In this document: piece after piece, positions 10,162 through 21,414 of the stretch
How positions within the stretch are numbered: position 1 is the first letter of the stretch
How the letters are laid out: each line of letters opens with the position of its first letter
Assembly (NCBI GenBank): GCA_034670305.1
Contig: JAXMNT010000007.1
Span: 64,001-128,000 of the forward strand
Length of the DNA: 64,000 nt
Direction of reading: 5' to 3'
DNA from: Deltaproteobacteria bacterium
GTDB lineage: Bacteria; Myxococcota_A; Polyangia; Polyangiales; Houyiibacteriaceae
Notes under the pieces: generated by a model
What the model saw: only the letters and a program-made list of their open reading frames with translations
Told to the model about the DNA's origin: nothing
Databases searched by the model: none
Made by a program: the position numbers and the translations under genes

Positions 10162-10683
10162 GTGAGTCCGTTCGAGCGGCTCCGGCGCACCATCGTCCAC
10201 CGCATCCTGGGTGTGGGCGACACCCCCCGCCGCATCGCATGGGGCATGTTCCTCGGAACGATGGTCGGTTTCACGCCGACGCTCGGATTCCAGATCATGA
10301 TCTACCTCGCGCTCGCCACGTTGCTGCGGGCCAACAAGATCAGCGGCATCCCGATTCTGTTCATCAGCAACCCGCTCACGGCGGTCCCGCTGTACTGGTC
10401 GTGCTGGCGGGTCGGCGCGTGGGTCCTCGGCACCCACGTCGATCGCGAAGATGTCCACCTCGAGGACCGGCTGGCACACGCGGAATCAGAGGCGGCCGAG
10501 ACCGACCTCTGGACCGACTTGTGGACCGAGCAGTTCTGGACCGATCTGTGGCAGACCTTCCTGGAGATGGGGCAGGAGATGTGGATGGGCTCGTTGGTGC
10601 TCGGTCTGACCTGCGCGGTGCCGCTGTCCCTGCTGACGTACTGGGGCGTGCGTGTGTACCGTCGCGCCCGAGGCCCGGGCTAG
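10162..10683 (+). CDS. DUF2062-family membrane protein
   Basis: DTPRRIAWGMFLG...FTPTLGFQ...LRANK...ISNPLT pattern with hydrophobic helices; start may be 10147 or 10162. Confidence 0.8.
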   Translation: MSPFERLRRTIVHRILGVGDTPRRIAWGMFLGTMVGFTPTLGFQIMIYLALATLLRANKISGIPILFISNPLTAVPLYWSCWRVGAWVLGTHVDREDVHLEDRLAHAESEAAETDLWTDLWTEQFWTDLWQTFLEMGQEMWMGSLVLGLTCAVPLSLLTYWGVRVYRRARGPG

Positions 10684-11639
10684 ACGAGCGGGAGCCGATC
10701 CCAGAGTTCGGCCGGGACGCGTTGCACCACGTCGGCGTGCAGCTCCAGCCGCTGCAGGGTGGGGTGGTCTGCCAGGTGCGCGAGCGAGGGGAGGTCCACG
10801 TGCATGTGCATGAACCGGAGGTGGGTCAGCCTGGACGCTCGGAACACCGCCAAGTCGACCGGTGCGTCACCCTTCACCCAGTCGATGTGGAGCGATCGCA
10901 GGTCCGGCAGCGCCGCCAACGCATCCAGGTCGGCTCGGGTGAGCGCGGTGTACCGGGTGCAGAGGATCTCGTGCACGCCCTTCAGCGGCATGATCCGTGC
11001 GGCGCTCAACCCGGCGTCGAAGCCCACCCGGCGCGCGCCCGCCAGCCCGCCGGTGTTCAGCGACGACACGCCGCTGATCCCGACCGACCAACAGGACGCC
11101 GGCAGTCGAAGTCCCGTGGTGTCGAGTGTGCCGATCTCGAGAAACGCGAGTTCACCGAGCGCGTTCAGTTCCCCGACGTGGTTCAAACCGAGGACCTCGG
11201 TCGCGTTGCAAACCACGAGCTGTTCGAGTCTCGGAAACGCGGTCGCGACCTGTGCCAGATCGACGGCCCCTCCATACCCCCGCATCCAGAGCCGTCGTGT
11301 GCGGCGGATCGGCCCGGCCACCCTCGACTCCGCTGGCGCGGCACCGAGCAGGGCGCAGAGCGCTGGCATCCGGATGCGCATGTCGGAGTGGGCACCTTCG
11401 AACAGAGCATTCGGATGAAGTTCTGGAACCGAGGTGCCGATCGCGAGCACCTCCCGCTGACGGGGCGAGAGCCGGGGCACGTTGTCCTTCGGACGCAGCA
11501 CCCGGACTCCGGCGAGCAGGTCGTCGAAGAGGGCTGGGTCGCCGGTGGCGGCGCAGAGCGCGACCGCCTGCAGGTTGGTCTCCGGGACCAGCACCCGCAG
11601 CAACCCAGACAGCTTCTCCACCCGTGACCTGCTCACCAA
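10680..11639 (-). CDS. Hypothetical protein with leucine-rich-repeat-like segments
   Basis: Recurring LxxLxL motifs (FPRLEQLVV, LPDLRSLHI, HPTLQRLEL); fills the gap between convergent genes. Confidence 0.55.
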   Translation of the reverse strand: MVSRSRVEKLSGLLRVLVPETNLQAVALCAATGDPALFDDLLAGVRVLRPKDNVPRLSPRQREVLAIGTSVPELHPNALFEGAHSDMRIRMPALCALLGAAPAESRVAGPIRRTRRLWMRGYGGAVDLAQVATAFPRLEQLVVCNATEVLGLNHVGELNALGELAFLEIGTLDTTGLRLPASCWSVGISGVSSLNTGGLAGARRVGFDAGLSAARIMPLKGVHEILCTRYTALTRADLDALAALPDLRSLHIDWVKGDAPVDLAVFRASRLTHLRFMHMHVDLPSLAHLADHPTLQRLELHADVVQRVPAELWDRLPLV

Positions 11640-11714
11640 GACCGCAGACCACGACGCGCGGGCGACGTCAATCCGTGGTCGCTGGTTGGCTCGGACGCGT
11701 CGCCGTGGGGCCGG

Positions 11715-13541
11715 TCAGCTGCCGCCTCGATCCTCGGTGTTCACGCTGCTGGGCCAGTAGCCGCTGGTGAGTGGCTCGCTCTCTGCGGTGGCGTGGCCTC
11801 CGTCCGGGCCAAAGCCCTCGACGATCTTCTTGAGCTCCTCACGGCTCGGCCGCGCGGGCGCAGGCGCGGCGCCGGGCTTCGCCATCGCTTCGATGTGCAG
11901 GGTCTGGGTCGGGAACGCGAACGACACGCCGATTCGATCCGCCAGCCGCATGATCTCGAGGAAGACGTTCTGGCGCTGCGCCAGCTCTTCGGTCCAGCTC
12001 GGCACCTCGAAGAAGAAGTAGAGCAGCACTTCGAGCGCGCTCTCGCCGAAGTTCCGGAAGTGCACTTCGTACGAGTCCTGTCGCACCTTGGGGTTGGCCT
12101 GAAGAATGGCGCGCACGCCTTCGACGAACGCCTGCATCTGGTCGGGGCTCGTGTCGTAGGTCAGCCCGAGCGTGACCATGCAGCGGCGGTACTTGCGGTG
12201 CCCGTAGTTGTCGATGGCGGCGTTGGCCACGATCGAGTTGGGGACCGTGATGAGCGAATCGTAGAACGTGCGGATGCGGGTCGAGCGCATGCCGACTTCT
12301 TCGATGATGCCCTCGTGGCCGTCGACCGTGACCCAGTCCCCGATCTGAAACGGCTGGTCGGCGAAGATGGACACGCTGCCGAAGAGGTTGGCGACCGTGT
12401 CCTTCGCGGCCAGCGTGAACGCGAGACCACCAAGCGAGACACCCGCGAGCAGCGAGCCGACGTCCACGTCGAGGTTCTGCAGAACGAAGATGATGCCGAC
12501 CACGGCCACGAAGACTTTGAGCGTCTTGCGGATGAGCGGAACGATTTGATCGTCGAACTTCGACTCGGTCTTCTCCGCGCGTTTGGCGAAGATGTCGGCG
12601 CCGAAGTCCACCAGTCGGTAGAGCACCAACACCGCCGCGGAAGCGGCGATCACCCGGATCGCGATGGTGCCGATCTGGTTGACCCGGACCCCGAACCGCA
12701 GAAGCGGCAACGCCCACCAAAGCACTCCGGCCATGGCGAGGGTGCCCAGCGGGTTCGCGGTCCGGCGCAAGACCTCCGGGTCCCACTTCTGCTGGCGGCG
12801 CTTGAGCACGCGCGCGATCTGCGAGGACAAGATCCGCGCGAGCAGGAGCCGCACGAGCATGCCGAGGAGCAGTGCCGCCAAGATGCCGAGCAGCTGCCAC
12901 ACCGCCACCCCAGGCACGGGCATCGCCCGCATCCAGCCCGGAAACGACTCCACCATCGACTCGACATCGACACTGAAGGTGTCTGCGTGCAGGCCGTCGA
13001 TGGTCGCGATCGAGTGGGCGGAGATCAGCCACTCTTCGCCATCGCGCACCAGGTAGATCTCGGGCATGCGCGCATGCGGCCGAACCTTGCCGTCCTCGGT
13101 GACGTCGTCGCCCGGTTCGGCCACATCCGGGATCGAGTCGGGATCAACCATGTACCCGCGTTGGTCGAACACCGCTTGCAGCTGGCGCGCGAGGCGGTGT
13201 TTGCGATGGCGCTCCGTGATCCCGGCGCCGCTCCAGTCGAAACACGTCGCCGCATCCTCGGGTTCGTCGTGATCGGACTGCAGGTTGCCGAGCCAGGTGT
13301 TCACCGCGCGCCGGGGCGTCGAACAATCGACGGTCGGGGCTTGCGCGCTGCCGATGCCGGAGACGCCGACCAGGACGGTGGCCAGCAGCAGGGCGGGCCA
13401 TCGCCGGGCCCGAGGCCAGCACTGCGATTCCCGAGGCCAGCACTGCGACTCCCGAATCCAGCACCGCAAGTCGTAGACGAATGCACGCAAACCGAAGGAC
13501 GCGCGCATGAAGTACCTTCCGTTCATGGGGCGGGGGTGCAT
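11715..13541 (-). CDS. mscS: MscS-family mechanosensitive channel with N-terminal periplasmic domain
   Basis: LLAGVSLGGLAFTLAAKDTVANLFG, QPFQIGDWV, IEEVGMRSTRIRT, VPNS, SFAFPTQT; start among ATGs at 13508, 13526 and 13541. Confidence 0.9.
   Translation of the reverse strand: MHPRPMNGRYFMRASFGLRAFVYDLRCWIRESQCWPRESQCWPRARRWPALLLATVLVGVSGIGSAQAPTVDCSTPRRAVNTWLGNLQSDHDEPEDAATCFDWSGAGITERHRKHRLARQLQAVFDQRGYMVDPDSIPDVAEPGDDVTEDGKVRPHARMPEIYLVRDGEEWLISAHSIATIDGLHADTFSVDVESMVESFPGWMRAMPVPGVAVWQLLGILAALLLGMLVRLLLARILSSQIARVLKRRQQKWDPEVLRRTANPLGTLAMAGVLWWALPLLRFGVRVNQIGTIAIRVIAASAAVLVLYRLVDFGADIFAKRAEKTESKFDDQIVPLIRKTLKVFVAVVGIIFVLQNLDVDVGSLLAGVSLGGLAFTLAAKDTVANLFGSVSIFADQPFQIGDWVTVDGHEGIIEEVGMRSTRIRTFYDSLITVPNSIVANAAIDNYGHRKYRRCMVTLGLTYDTSPDQMQAFVEGVRAILQANPKVRQDSYEVHFRNFGESALEVLLYFFFEVPSWTEELAQRQNVFLEIMRLADRIGVSFAFPTQTLHIEAMAKPGAAPAPARPSREELKKIVEGFGPDGGHATAESEPLTSGYWPSSVNTEDRGGS
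13409..13471. repeat. 21-bp tandem repeat, two near-perfect copies plus one degenerate, in the mscS 5' end
   Basis: CCCGAGGCCAGCACTGCGATT / CCCGAGGCCAGCACTGCGACT / CCCGAATCCAGCACCGCAAGT. Confidence 0.9.
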
Positions 13542-13589
13542 CGGATCGCTTCCATCCGCAAGTGCGACGGTGTGGGAGGAGATCGTTCG

Positions 13590-14360
13590 ATGACGGTGAG
13601 AGTCGAGAGAGATGGCGCGGTCACGACGGTGATCCTCGCGCGTCAACACGTCCGCAACGCGGTCGACCGCGAAACCGCGGAGGCGCTCGCGGCGGCGTTT
13701 CGTGCATTCGAGGCGGACGAGTCGGCGCACGTCGCCGTGCTGCATGGTGAGGGTGGGACCTTCTGTTCGGGTGCCGATTTGAAGAAGTTTGCCGACGGGG
13801 ATCCGAACCGGGTCGAACTCGATGGGGACGGCCCCATGGGCCCCTCGAGAATGGCCCTCCGCAAACCGGTGATCGCGTCCATCGCAGGCCATGCGGTGGC
13901 GGGTGGGCTCGAGTTGGCGCTCTGGTGCGACCTGCGGGTGGCTGAAGAAGATGCGGTTCTCGGGGTCTTCTGCCGCCGGTGGGGGGTGCCACTCATCGAC
14001 GGGGGCACCATCCGGCTGCCCCGTCTGATCGGCCTGAGCCACGCGCTGGACCTGATCCTCACCGGCCGCGCTGTCGGGGCCGCAGAAGCGCTGTCGATGG
14101 GCCTGGTCAACCGTGTGGTGCCGCGGGGCGGGTCGCGTCAGGCGGCCGAGACGCTGGCTCGGCAAATCGCCGCGTTCCCCCAGGGATGTCTGCGCGCCGA
14201 TCGCGAGAGCGCGTATGGACAGCACGATCTCTCACTGGTGGACGCGCTCCGAGAGGAGACGCGCGGTGGCCTCGAGGTGCTGGAGGAAGCGGCCGCGGGC
14301 GCCGCGAAGTTTCGCGCGGGCGCTGGACGCCACGGGGTGTTCGAAGAGTTCGAAGAGTAG
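13590..14360 (+). CDS. Enoyl-CoA hydratase / crotonase family protein
   Basis: GGAGGA RBS, ATG 13590; RNAVD, FCSGADL, GHAVAGGLELALWCDLRV, GVPLIDGGTIRLPRLIG. Confidence 0.93.
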   Translation: MTVRVERDGAVTTVILARQHVRNAVDRETAEALAAAFRAFEADESAHVAVLHGEGGTFCSGADLKKFADGDPNRVELDGDGPMGPSRMALRKPVIASIAGHAVAGGLELALWCDLRVAEEDAVLGVFCRRWGVPLIDGGTIRLPRLIGLSHALDLILTGRAVGAAEALSMGLVNRVVPRGGSRQAAETLARQIAAFPQGCLRADRESAYGQHDLSLVDALREETRGGLEVLEEAAAGAAKFRAGAGRHGVFEEFEE

Positions 14361-14392
14361 CCGCAGCGTTGGGCGAGGCGATGCGTCGGGGC

Positions 14393-15640
14393 TCAGGCCG
14401 CGCGACGAATGTCGACCGGCTCGAGCTCGGCTTCGAGCTCCACGTGGTCCGCCCGCGCGAGCTCGGCATCGGTGGGACGCAGGGGAATGAGCTGGGTGTT
14501 CTTGCCGAAGCGAAGTTTGCGTCCACGCCACACGACCGTGCGCGAGAAGATCGCGTTCACCCACAGGGGCAGCAGCATGAGGTCTTTGACCACGCTCAGC
14601 CACGCGTAACGGAGCGCCACCGGCTCGCGGGTCAGGCGGATCGCCATGTGATCCGCGAACGACTTGAGCACGATGAACCCACCGGCGACCGCACACACGA
14701 AGGGGTCGAACGCGCTCGTGACGATGGCCAGCGCCGAGAGCGCCACCGGGTTCGAGCCGAGGTCGGCGATGAAACCCGGCACGTGCAGCGTGATGCGCAT
14801 CTTCAGCCAGCGGCTGTGGCGCATCAAGAAGCGGTCCGGACCACAGTCGATGTTGACGTTCCACACGGGCGTCGGGGACAGCACGACCTTGCGGCCGAGC
14901 GCTTTGAATCGCTCGCCCATGACGAAGTCTTCGCAGAGCACGTCTCGCACACTGGCGAGGCCGCCGAGGTCGCGATCGAGCTCTGAACGCCGCAGGAGCA
15001 TGGACTTGCCACACACGCAGGTGACCTTCGCGGCTTCCAGCGCCAGACACATCGCCGGCCCGATGAACGCGCTGAGCTGGATGTTCTCGAGCGCCGCGCC
15101 GAGCGACTTCTCGCCGACCCCGATGACCACGCTCGTGAGCACCGAGGCATCCTCGGCGACAAACTCGCTCACGATGCGGGCGAGGTAGTCGTTGGGCACG
15201 CGTACGTTGGCGTCCGACTGATGCACCAGGTCGTAGCGGGCGGCGGCGAGGGCGCCGGCGAGGTTCGACACCTTGGGGTTCAGCCCGAAGCCGTCGTCCG
15301 AGAGCACGAACTGGACGGGCACCCGCGGGTAGCGCGCGGCGACCTTCTTGGCCACGGCGAGCGCTGGATCGAGACGGTCGGTGACCGCGAAGACGATCTC
15401 AAACGGACTCGGGTACCGCTGGAGGAAGAAACTCTCGAGGTTCTCCTCGAGTTCGTCCTCGAGCCCCTTCAACGGCTTCAACATGGAGACCGGCGGGAGG
15501 GCGGACTCGGCGCGCTTCGGCGTGCGGCGGGTGTGGCGCCACGTGGCGGCGATGGCGGCTCCGAACAGGAGCAGCGCGACCGCGGCGACCGCGAGGAGGG
15601 TGTAGGCCACGAGCACGTGGGTGGCGGTCAAAAGGAGCAT
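14393..15640 (-). CDS. Ceramide glucosyltransferase / HpnI-like GT21 glycosyltransferase
   Basis: PPVSMLKPLKG, GLNPKVSNL, SDANVRV, LCEDF, RHSRW, VVWRG; N- and C-terminal TM segments. Confidence 0.87.
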   Translation of the reverse strand: MLLLTATHVLVAYTLLAVAAVALLLFGAAIAATWRHTRRTPKRAESALPPVSMLKPLKGLEDELEENLESFFLQRYPSPFEIVFAVTDRLDPALAVAKKVAARYPRVPVQFVLSDDGFGLNPKVSNLAGALAAARYDLVHQSDANVRVPNDYLARIVSEFVAEDASVLTSVVIGVGEKSLGAALENIQLSAFIGPAMCLALEAAKVTCVCGKSMLLRRSELDRDLGGLASVRDVLCEDFVMGERFKALGRKVVLSPTPVWNVNIDCGPDRFLMRHSRWLKMRITLHVPGFIADLGSNPVALSALAIVTSAFDPFVCAVAGGFIVLKSFADHMAIRLTREPVALRYAWLSVVKDLMLLPLWVNAIFSRTVVWRGRKLRFGKNTQLIPLRPTDAELARADHVELEAELEPVDIRRAA

Positions 15641-15692
15641 TCCCGGCGGACTATGTCATCGCCCCCCACGCCGGCAAACGTTTGGGTCGCCG

Positions 15693-15710
15693 GGTTACAA
15701 TTGGTTACAA
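15693..15710 (-). promoter_or_regulatory. Direct repeat GGTTACAA-TT-GGTTACAA, candidate winged-helix response-regulator site
   Basis: Perfect 8-bp repeat with 10-bp period, AT-rich, 53-70 bp upstream of the glycosyltransferase start. Confidence 0.5.
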
Positions 15711-15762
15711 GCCTCGACAGACCCCTACTTTTGCGAGGGATTCGAGTCGGAGCGCATTCGGC

Positions 15763-16446
15763 TCAGCCGCAGCCACCCATGCAGACGTGGTGATCGCTTC
15801 GGCAGGCATCCACGCACGCGGAGCTGCGACCGCGGCACCGATGCACGCAGGTGTCCCAGCGGGGCAGGCAGACTTCGTTGCATGGGTTGGGTGCCGAGCC
15901 GGTGCCGATGCGTCGCAGGGCAGGGGCTCGAATCCGTTCGGGTTCGGCCACTTCAGCCTCCAACACGATCTCTCCATCGGTGGTGGTGCGCGCTTCGGTC
16001 CGCACCACCCGGACCTGAACCGGGGGATCGCCTTCGACGCCGGGGGTATCGTTCGTGCTCCGCGACTCGCCAATCTCGGTCTGCACTGGATCGGAGTCGA
16101 CGCCTTCGGTCTGCACCAAGCCGGCTTCGTCGGGCGAGGGGCCGTCCTCACCGAACGACGTGACGTCGAGGTCGGGCAGGGCGTCCACCCCTTCGCCCGC
16201 CTGGCAGGCGTCTCGCCTCGCCTCCGCATGGCGAACCCGTGGCGCCGGCTGTCCCGTGGCGTAGTGCTCGAGCCAGGCCTCCCAGCAGGCGGTTCGCTGT
16301 TCGAAAGTGCGCGCCGGGTCGAAGTCCGCGGCGTTGCATCGCTCGTAATACACGTTGCTCTGGTGCAACATGCGAGGGCTGGCGCCGCAGCCGATTCCGA
16401 CCAACGCGGCGCACCACAACGCCCCCACCACGCGTGAACCGACCAT
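15763..16446 (-). CDS. Hypothetical lipoprotein with Cys-rich ends
   Basis: Signal and lipobox-like ALVGIGC; YYERC...ACWEAWLEHY; C-terminal CNEVC...CVHRC...CVDAC...CMGGC. Confidence 0.65.
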   Translation of the reverse strand: MVGSRVVGALWCAALVGIGCGASPRMLHQSNVYYERCNAADFDPARTFEQRTACWEAWLEHYATGQPAPRVRHAEARRDACQAGEGVDALPDLDVTSFGEDGPSPDEAGLVQTEGVDSDPVQTEIGESRSTNDTPGVEGDPPVQVRVVRTEARTTTDGEIVLEAEVAEPERIRAPALRRIGTGSAPNPCNEVCLPRWDTCVHRCRGRSSACVDACRSDHHVCMGGCG

Positions 16447-17011
16447 GAACGGCCAACCTAGCACGACCGAAGATGACCGCGCAGGCGGTGCCGTGGTGGT
16501 GGGACAGGGACAGCTCTCGCTTCCGACGGTCGGCACCGTGGCGCTCCGCTGGACCGAGCGCGGGCTTTCGATGCTGAGCTGGGACGAACTCCCGGTGCTT
16601 GCGGACGTGAAGACCTACCGCCGGATCCCGAGTCTGTTCGCGAAGCCGCTCCGAGCGTACGCGGACGGCAAAGGGGTGGACCCGGCGCGAGAGGTGCCGG
16701 TCGACTTGGTCGGGACCGAGTTTCAGGTCCGGGTGTGGCACGCCCTGCGCGAGGTGCCGCTCGGCGCGGTCCGCACCTACGCCGGCATCGCATCCGACAT
16801 CGGGCAGGTGCGGGCGTCGCGGGCGGTCGGTCTGGCCAACGGCCGCAACCCCGTACCGATCGCCGTGCCATGTCATCGCATCGTGGGCAGCGGACACACG
16901 CTTGGCGGCTTCAGCGCTGGGCTCGACGTGAAGCGGCGCCTGCTTCGGCTCGAGGGGGTGCGCATCCTCGACAACGACCAGCTGCACCCCGGCCAACTGA
17001 CGCTCTTCTGA
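16445..17011 (+). CDS. ogt: Methylated-DNA--protein-cysteine methyltransferase
   Basis: GTEFQVRVW, TYAGIA, SRAVGLANGRNP, active-site PCHR; start uncertain and may lie further downstream. Confidence 0.92.
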   Translation: MNGQPSTTEDDRAGGAVVVGQGQLSLPTVGTVALRWTERGLSMLSWDELPVLADVKTYRRIPSLFAKPLRAYADGKGVDPAREVPVDLVGTEFQVRVWHALREVPLGAVRTYAGIASDIGQVRASRAVGLANGRNPVPIAVPCHRIVGSGHTLGGFSAGLDVKRRLLRLEGVRILDNDQLHPGQLTLF

Positions 17012-17178
17012 GGGCCGCTCAGAGCAAGCCGTGCTTCATGGCCAGCAACGCATCTGTGGTCGAGCCCGCTGCGCTGGCTGGCTTCCGAGAGGTTGCAGGA
17101 GTGAGGCCTTGCAGCCCGCCCCGCCCTAGGCGCGGCCACGGAAGGCGCGGTCGCACAGGCGACAGCCGAGCGTGCGCC

Positions 17179-19998
<2,820 letters not shown>

Positions 19999-20074
19999 GC
20001 CGGTCACGTAACCTCAAAGGGCGGCTCCGTCGACCATCTCCGACGTACCGGTTGGGCGTTCTGCGACGGTGCGT

Positions 20075-21196
20075 CTACTCGGCGGATGCGAGCGCGCGGC
20101 AGCGGACTTCGGCGTCTGCGCGGACCCGCGCCTGGCGGGCGTGCAGAATGTGCGGCGGCACGACCGCGCTCGGGGCCGAGGCAGAGGGGTCGTCGTCCGC
20201 GGCGCGTGCCTGGAAGAAGAGCGCCGGGTCGTCGACGATGTCGAACAGCTCCTCGTCCGTTTCCAGCAGTTCGCAGTTGCGTCGGCGGATCCAATCCACG
20301 ATGCGGGGGAGGGCGCGCACGGTCCAGGGATGGGTGTCGTGCATGAGCACGATGCCGCCCCGCTCGCCTTCTTCGCGTTCGACCCGGGCGAGCACCCGCC
20401 GCCACGTGTCGAAGACGATCTCAGGATCGGTGACCTGGAAGTCGCCGCTGCCGATGTTCCACAGCACGGTGGTGTAGTCGCGCTCCGCCAAGATGCGGTC
20501 GATGCGCGCCGATCGGGCGCCGTAGGGCGGGCGGAAGAGGTAGGGGCGCTGGCCGATGATGCGTTCGATGGCTTCTTCGGCTCGGACCACCTGCGCCCGT
20601 GCATCGCGCGAATCGAGCAGGGTGAGCTGTTCGTGGTCGGCGGTGTGGTTGCCCACCACGTGGCCGCGGTCGACGATGTCTTTGAGAAGCTCCGCCTGCG
20701 CCCGGATCCGATCCCCGCGCCCTTCGACGCGGCTGGTCGTGACGAAGAAGACCGCCCGGATCCCCAGCGTGTCGAGTTCGCGCAGCAGGCGCGGGGTGGT
20801 TCGGCGGTCGGGGCCGTCGTCGAACGTGAAGAGGATCATCCGATGCGCGGTGCCGCCCCGAATGATGCGACCGCCCCGCAACTGTTCCGCCACCCCGTGG
20901 TCCAGCCGCACTTCTTCGGCATCGAAGACCAGGTCGCTCGGGGGTTCCGCCGCAGGTGCAGGGGGCGCTTCATGCACCACCGGGCGAGCGCGGCGGCGGG
21001 GTGTTCGCGTGCCGCTGCTGGAGTGGGCTTGCGCCAAGGCCACGCCAGACACGTCACTCGACACGACCGAAGGGGACCCGGGTTCTCGAACGGACATCTC
21101 GGCCGCCCACGTACCGGCGAGCAGCGCCAGCGCGCACGCCAAGACCCGTGCTGCAGCCGCGCTCCGCGATCGGCGCCCCTCGGAAAGTCGTCCCAC
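20075..21196 (-). CDS. Secreted polysaccharide deacetylase (NodB/CE4)
   Basis: TFDDGP, GNHTADH, FRPPYG, LMHD motifs; N-terminal signal or TM segment. Confidence 0.9.
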   Translation of the reverse strand: MGRLSEGRRSRSAAAARVLACALALLAGTWAAEMSVREPGSPSVVSSDVSGVALAQAHSSSGTRTPRRRARPVVHEAPPAPAAEPPSDLVFDAEEVRLDHGVAEQLRGGRIIRGGTAHRMILFTFDDGPDRRTTPRLLRELDTLGIRAVFFVTTSRVEGRGDRIRAQAELLKDIVDRGHVVGNHTADHEQLTLLDSRDARAQVVRAEEAIERIIGQRPYLFRPPYGARSARIDRILAERDYTTVLWNIGSGDFQVTDPEIVFDTWRRVLARVEREEGERGGIVLMHDTHPWTVRALPRIVDWIRRRNCELLETDEELFDIVDDPALFFQARAADDDPSASAPSAVVPPHILHARQARVRADAEVRCRALASAE

Positions 21197-21414
21197 GTCC
21201 CGAAGGTAGGATGATGTCCTACATCATGGCGAGAAAGTGGCAGGTGGCGTGGGCCAACATCCAACCAGGGGGTCCGTTCGAGGCTGACGTTCGTTCGTGT
21301 TCGGCGCCGGACAGCGGTCTCGCCCCTGACGTGAGCGAAAGGAACGTCGAGGAAACGTGACCACGCGGCGGCTTGGCTTGCAGGGGGCGTGCGAAGTGGT
21401 ACCGCCCGCGCACG

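Noticed and set aside
7495-10479. Long antisense ORFs (also 18238-20346, 29249-31765, 33049-35079, 43012-44727, 57489-59075)
   Set aside because: Shadow frames of well-conserved genes in high-GC DNA, with no recognisable motifs.
16444-16447. Overlapping divergent start codons (CATG) of the lipoprotein and ogt
   Set aside because: Both starts are uncertain and downstream GTG starts are available, so no unusual arrangement can be claimed.
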